Below, one piece after another: positions 60,985 to 64,000 of a stretch of DNA of 64,000 nucleotides. A model generated the notes under the pieces. It was not told where the DNA came from. It saw nothing but the letters and a program-made list of their open reading frames with translations, and searched no databases. Each line of letters begins with the position of its first letter. Within the stretch, counting starts at the first letter, position 1. Position numbers and translations under genes: made by a program. Origin of the DNA: Octopus sinensis (lineage: Eukaryota); NCBI RefSeq assembly GCF_006345805.1, contig NW_021832226.1:248001-312000 (forward strand), written 5' to 3'.

Positions 60985-63602
60985 AGTGAAAATAGTACCT
61001 ATTGTATTAACATGGAATGGAACTCGAAAATTTCTACAATATGCACGTTTGCTTAACATTAGTGAAAGATTCAATCACTTACTATAAAGGAAATCATTAA
61101 GAGCATGCTTGTCTTCTATAAAAACAGAGTTGAACATTGGGAAAGGACGCTTGAACTAGACAAAAAAATGAGATTTATCACTAAATAAGTGCATCATTTT
61201 CAAAGCCGTAGCTTCCGCCTAGCTACGATGCCAGATGTCGGGAAATAACGTTTATTTTTCCAAAACGAAAAATAAATCTTAATTATTAGATTAGGTTAAT
61301 TTTGGAATAATTAATCGGGTCTCGTGCTAATAGAGCTAAATTAAAGAAATTAAAGAAATATCAGCGCTTGTTAGACGGCTTTTGATTTTTACCAATTTTT
61401 GTTTAGACTTTGCGTGTCTTTGGAACAGACAGTTAATTATCTCAAGAAACTTATCCTCCTCTGGTCATTACGTTTCAAGGATCCTAATTTACTTTCCTAA
61501 TCAGAAAGATTAAGGGAACAACTGTGCCATCCGGCTTGCTGACCGATTAAGTTAATTCCAAAACGTTTTTCTCTTAAATGATTAATCTTTAATGTTTTAA
61601 TAATAATAATCTTTAATTCAATTTTCAATAAAAATAATGGACATTAATGATAAAATATCGCATGTGCTTTAGCTATTGGTAGTTGCAATTTATGCGCAAT
61701 ATTTAATTTATATTGTTCCTGAGAATTGCTATAATAATTGCAATAAGATTTAATCTTATTGTGACAATTTATGTTTTTGATACATCAAAAAACCGTGTGT
61801 CATTCTTTTGACTTGTCTTTCAATATAGTTAAGAATGGGGTATATTCTGGTTATAAGTAAAATATGGCAGATTACCACATGTGAATATGTAGGTTTTTAG
61901 AATAGTACTTGTGTATACAAAAGTTGTTTTCACCTTCCCTGGATTATAGATTAAGAACTACAGTACCCGACAAAAAATTGGATTCGCATTAAATCTATTT
62001 CAAAACATGAATCATCCGAGAAGATGACTTTCTTCCATTTTTCGTCAGATATGGATAAAAACTTTTTCGAAATTAACCATCTGGAATTTTGATGTTTTTC
62101 GAAGTCAAAAGTTTAATTTAGATTAGTCGGATGGACAGACAAGTTTATTTCAGAAGATGGTTATATATTTGCCAAGCAGTATGGGGTAAGGAAATCAAGG
62201 CACGTAATTTTCAACAAATCATTTTCTTTTTATCGTTGACTTGAAACTTGTTTCGAAAAATGAGGATGTTATTGTTCAAACGATGGAGGAGGTTAATCGT
62301 TATTTCCGTGCAGTTGGACTGGAGAAAAATCTTGAACAGGCAACCACGAATACCCCATTGTTATCATCGGATCTGAGAGTAATTGAGAGTTCAATCGGAT
62401 AAATCTAAAAATCGGACATGCTGAAAATCATTTTTGGAGAAATAATGACTCGAATTGAAAAATTAGCAAATACAAAACTGAACGGAGTGAACCTGTTCAA
62501 AGCAATTAACAAACACGCTCTCTCATTGTACAAATATTACATCGAGCCATTCAAATATGAAGTGGTGGACGATAAAACCCGAGCAAAATTAATTGAATAC
62601 AAGATATACTTGTGCGACAGAAGAACAAACAGAGATTATACCTCCCATGTAACATTTTTAAAAGAAAATTGACTTTAATTTCTTTTCTAAGTGAACGTAT
62701 GCTTTTTGGTAAAAGATGCGTTTCGATTCTTTAGGCAAAAGTGCTGGAAAAACTCATCTGGCCATTATTGAAGAATACTTAAAGAATCATAAAAAAACTG
62801 GTGGTCTGTGCTCAAAACAAGTATCTATTAAATCAGATTTTATTAGAATGTTTTCATTCTATTTTATACAAAAGCGCTACAAAAGATTTTGTGAATATTA
62901 AAAACTCTAGTCCAAGGAAATAACTCTCCACAGCCCGAAGGTTTATTCTGTCTTGTGCAAGAAGATATTTATTTTTCGCAGAACATAACTCAATGTGATC
63001 CCACTGCATGAGATGGAAGGAGACCGTCGACCACTGCGCCAGTAGTTGTGAGAAGATGCTACATGGCGACTATGTGATAAAGTAGTGAGATGCATCCATT
63101 TGAATTTTTGTTAAGTATTTGGACTAATAAATGAAAAAAACTTCAAAACACATTTAGTAAAATCTGTATCGGCGAATGAGGAGGTTGAAATCTGCGTGAA
63201 CACATTTATGAAGACTGATATAGTCTTAAAACAACAAACCCGATTTGTTTGTTTTCGACAAGATAAAGAATCAAATTTTTCGGTTGGAGCTAGGATAACA
63301 TCTTCCCAAATTTACAGCTAATATAGATTGAAAAATGAAAAAAATATGACTTTATTCAAAGAGCAAGAATTAATTCATCATGCGAAAGTGAAAATAGTAC
63401 TTATTGTATTAACATTGAATGGAACTCGAAAATTTCTACAATATGCACATTTGCTTAACATCAGTGAGAGATTCAATCACTTACTATAAAGCAAATCATT
63501 AAGAGCATGATTGTCTTTTATAAAAACAGAGTTGAACATTGGGAAAGGACGCTTGAACTAGACAAAAAAATGAAAGAGATTTATCACCAAATAAGTGCAT
63601 CA
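60985..63602 (+). mobile_element. Degenerate RLE retroelement region with a ~212-bp direct repeat of its 3' end (60985-61196 and 63387-63602)
   Basis: VKIVPIVLTWNG segment duplicated at high identity; RT remnants at 62080-62700 (LNGVNLFKAINKHALS) and a zinc-knuckle remnant near 63000. Confidence 0.7.
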
Positions 63603-64000
63603 GAACATTTTTATTTTTCTTTCATTCATAATTTTACATGATCATCCACACCATTCATATTGCAAGAAAACACTTTTCCATGAATAAACGAATATTTATA
63701 TCTACTGGTAAAAAATCTAGAGTCATCATAATAAATTAAGAAGGTATTTAAAAGGAAAAGATATTTTTATTTCAAAATGATTCATTAAGGTTAATTTCTA
63801 ACAAAATTTTATCAGAGAGATCAAGGATAGTCACAAACTTTGGGGAAAGAAGACGACAACCCATAAAAAGAAGAATTCGGATCAATTGTTTTTGATCATC
63901 TATTAATATAGCAATATGAATCAACCACAATCTTCGTTTTTTTCTATACAAAAAACGACATGAAAAATATGTAGATATTCCACACAATAATCAAAGAGTA

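Overview
This is AT-rich eukaryotic nuclear DNA, read in the standard genetic code, with very short spliceosomal introns (about 21-38 nt, nearly all GT-AG). The gene set is animal-type and includes a cilia-associated gene: Axin, cGMP-dependent kinase, two neuronal calcium sensors, ARMC3, GILT, TMEM208, PRPF8, NAD kinase and an eIF4H-like gene. Together with the tiny introns, this suggests a highly reduced parasitic metazoan such as a dicyemid or orthonectid (inference only). Host genes sit among dense, often nested transposon debris: hAT, Tc1, pogo, a Helitron, RTE-like LINEs, R4/R2-type RLE retroelements and at least seven CRE-clade copies. Best leads: (1) a 12-exon gene missed by the ORF track (54088-54947) whose mucin-like stalk is built from six consecutive symmetric phase-1 micro-exons of 24-30 nt; (2) a 6-unit tandem array of tRNA-Leu 3' halves fused to retroelement sequence, ending in an intact tRNA-Leu(AAG), with a compensatory T-stem pair change; (3) a CRE retrotransposon with a 5' inversion, a 126-bp junction duplication and a 14-bp TSD (twin-priming signature); (4) a tRNA-headed SINE-like element with a 13-bp TSD; (5) a covarying 3' hairpin shared by two retroelement ends. 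Gene models were spliced by eye and family names come from recognised motifs, not database searches.
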